This document shows positions 26,963-28,907 of a DNA stretch of 28,907 nt, in pieces; position 1 is the stretch's first letter, and each line of letters opens with the position of its first letter. The stretch is taken from assembly GCA_043804695.1 (NCBI GenBank), contig JAZDIV010000143.1:1-28907 (forward strand), written 5' to 3'. The notes beneath the pieces were generated by a model, which searched no databases, was not told the origin of the DNA, and worked only from the letters and a program-made list of their open reading frames with translations. A program made the translations under genes and the position numbers. This DNA is from PVC group bacterium. GTDB lineage: Bacteria > Auribacterota > Erginobacteria > Erginobacterales > Erginobacteraceae.

Positions 26963-27385
26963 ATGATTTCAGAAGCAGCCAAGACGATACGGGTACCCGC
27001 CCGGCTGGAGAACCTGGAGAAGCTGGTTGACTTCATCATCGGCTGTCTGGAATGCTCCGGGGTCCCCCAGCCGGCGATCTCCGACATCCACCTGGCGGCG
27101 GATGAAGCCTGCACCAACACCATCACCTACGCCTACCCGGCCGGAGAAAGAGGGGATATCGAACTCTCCTGCGCCGTCTCCGGCGGCACGATCACCGTCA
27201 CCATCCGGGACTGGGGGGTCCCCTTCAACCCCCTGCAAGCCCCCTCTCCCGACATCGGCCTTGATATCGAAGACCGCCCGATCGGGGGTCTGGGCATCTT
27301 CCTGATGAAAAAGTTCTCCGACCGGCTGGAGTACCGAAGGGTAGACGGCTCCAACCTCCTCACCATTATCAAAAAAGCCGGGTAG
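26963..27385 (+). CDS. Anti-sigma factor Ser/Thr kinase (RsbW/HATPase_c_2 family)
   Basis: LAADEACTNTITYAY, IRDWGVPFNP and RPIGGLGIFLM motifs; GGAG RBS before ATG 26963. Confidence 0.9.
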   Translation: MISEAAKTIRVPARLENLEKLVDFIIGCLECSGVPQPAISDIHLAADEACTNTITYAYPAGERGDIELSCAVSGGTITVTIRDWGVPFNPLQAPSPDIGLDIEDRPIGGLGIFLMKKFSDRLEYRRVDGSNLLTIIKKAG

Positions 27386-27430
27386 ATTCTTCGAATCTAC
27401 CCGGCCTTTTTGATAGTATAGTACGCAAAG

Positions 27431-27568
27431 CGCCCCCGGTGGGTTTTCGAAGATCCTGAGCGAAGTCGAAGGAATCCCACCGGAGCGTAAGTTCATCAGC
27501 TAATCCCCTCGGCCTCCCATAACGCCCCCGGTGGGTTCATCCCACCGGAGCGAAAGTTCACCAGCTAC
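27431..27568 (+). repeat. Two more hairpin+AAGTTCA..AGCTA units, the first with a loop insertion
   Basis: CGCCCCCGGTGGG-TTCAT-CCCACCGGAGCG-AAAGTTCACCAGCTA at 27523-27567. The copy at 27431-27502 has about 28 extra nt in its loop. Confidence 0.8.
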
Positions 27569-27579
27569 ATCGCCGGCCC

Positions 27580-28032
27580 CTATTTTCGTCTTTTCCACTT
27601 GCCCTGCATTGTGCGGGCTATAGCAGTGAGGTGGACGTGCATTTCGCGGGGGTCCATGTCCTGGGCGAGGCCCATCTCTTCGGCTTCCAGTTCCATCGAT
27701 ATGGCGTCTCCCGCCTCAAATCCTTCACAGGCGACGATATCTTCCAGCATCACGTCGAGCTTCTTCAATTCATCCCATTTCCTGATCTCCCGCTCCATCT
27801 GCTCGTCCCCTTCTCCGGCGAGGAGGGCGTCCACCCGGTTCTTGATGTATTGCTGGACATTGTCCTTCAGCCCATAATCGATCCAGATGGGATCGACCCC
27901 CGGCTTTTCGATGATGTGAATGTAACCCAAAGTAAAGCACGGTTTAAGATATTCGTCCGACTCCAGCAGTTCCTTCAGTTGCTTAACCGAATAGTTCGGA
28001 GACTCCTTTTCTTTTTCCCGGTTCGAATTCAT
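27580..28032 (-). CDS. Hypothetical protein (acidic, 150 aa)
   Basis: ATG-started ORF with protein-like composition; no family recognised. Confidence 0.6.
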   Translation of the reverse strand: MNSNREKEKESPNYSVKQLKELLESDEYLKPCFTLGYIHIIEKPGVDPIWIDYGLKDNVQQYIKNRVDALLAGEGDEQMEREIRKWDELKKLDVMLEDIVACEGFEAGDAISMELEAEEMGLAQDMDPREMHVHLTAIARTMQGKWKRRK

Positions 28033-28221
28033 GGAGAGTTGCTCTTTAAATTGAGATTATGACAAGTTATCCTTCGCAATAAGAGCCGCCTGGAGAAGGA
28101 CTGATCGGATTATGATTTTATCTCCTTAATCAATTCAGCTCAATAAAAGAAAAGACTCTCCGGCCGGGAGAGTCTGCGGGGAAATCTATAAGGCTGTCAA
28201 TGTGAGGATCAAAGTGACTTT

Positions 28222-28905
28222 TTAACTGTCAAGAGGAAAGATTTGACCCCTCCTCGCTCGATAATAATATTCTCCTGATAATTCATACATCCCTACATCT
28301 CGAAAATACTTTTTGAAATTTCGATAAACATTTTGGGCCTCAAAATATTTATTTTGTTTTTCCTGAATAACAACCCTATCTAAATTATTATAGGCATTAT
28401 TAATTGATGAATTTTCTAATTTACACTCATTGAAATTAGCATTTCGTAGGATCGTTCCGTTGGTGAATTCTGCATCTCTTAAATCTGCGCTAGTTAAATT
28501 AGCTCCCTCTAAAGAGGCATGTCCTAAATAGGCTGACTTTAAATTGGCCCTACCTAAATTTGCTTCTTTTAGCTCCGCTGTCATTAAATTCGCATACTGT
28601 AAATTAGCACCCAATAGAAAGGCTTTTGTTAACTTTGCATCTTGTAATCTCGTTTTATAAAAAATTGTTCCAACACATTTAGCTTCTTTTGCATTTATGG
28701 AGATACAATCAGCTTCTGTTAAATCCGCTTCTTGTAAATTAGCCTCGCTCAAATTCGCCCATTTAAGATTGGCGTATTTAAAACAAGTTTTTAATAAATT
28801 CGCATGTGACAGATCGGCCTTTTCTAAATCAGCTCTTTCCAAATTTGCGCCTAGAAGAAGAGCTTGTTGAAGTTTTGCCTTAATTAAATGTGCCTGTTGT
28901 AAGTT
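28222..28905 (-). CDS. Pentapeptide-repeat protein (5' end outside the window; C-terminus probably truncated)
   Basis: A(N/D)LXX repeats in an open frame up to the window edge; markedly AT-rich. Confidence 0.85.
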   Translation of the reverse strand, partial: NLQQAHLIKAKLQQALLLGANLERADLEKADLSHANLLKTCFKYANLKWANLSEANLQEADLTEADCISINAKEAKCVGTIFYKTRLQDAKLTKAFLLGANLQYANLMTAELKEANLGRANLKSAYLGHASLEGANLTSADLRDAEFTNGTILRNANFNECKLENSSINNAYNNLDRVVIQEKQNKYFEAQNVYRNFKKYFRDVGMYELSGEYYYRARRGQIFPLDS

Positions 28906-28907
28906 GC

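Overview
A GC-rich chromosomal window from an anaerobic bacterium; the C-terminal DYDGDG/GLWAVRG repeat protein resembles ones I associate with PVC-related candidate lineages (unverified). Positions 146-9357 form one minus-strand operon: rex, an AsrA/HydB-like Fe-S protein, a four-helix-bundle gene, an AsrB/HydG-like FAD/NAD(P) subunit, a ferredoxin, NuoH-, NuoB- and NuoC-like subunits, a group 4 [NiFe]-hydrogenase large subunit and an antiporter-like subunit. A Rex operator and a sigma70 promoter lie upstream. The middle holds a LysM L,D-transpeptidase, an M48 peptidase, a GT4-GT4-GT4-WcaJ glycosylation cluster, a collapsed TPR membrane pseudogene, a degenerate HisKA_2 kinase with a response regulator, and thrC. 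The right end holds MORN- and HEAT-repeat proteins, a secreted beta-helix/FG-GAP protein, an RsbW-like kinase, a hypothetical protein and a low-GC pentapeptide-repeat gene cut by the window edge. The most unusual signal is non-coding: nearly every spacer is a mosaic of palindromes and inverted microsatellite arms. One pair of 31-bp heptamer-based inverted arms encloses the four-helix-bundle gene exactly between the upstream stop and downstream start codons, like an mRNA intervening sequence. Empty arm pairs, a nested MITE with a target-site duplication and a covarying hairpin family occur elsewhere.
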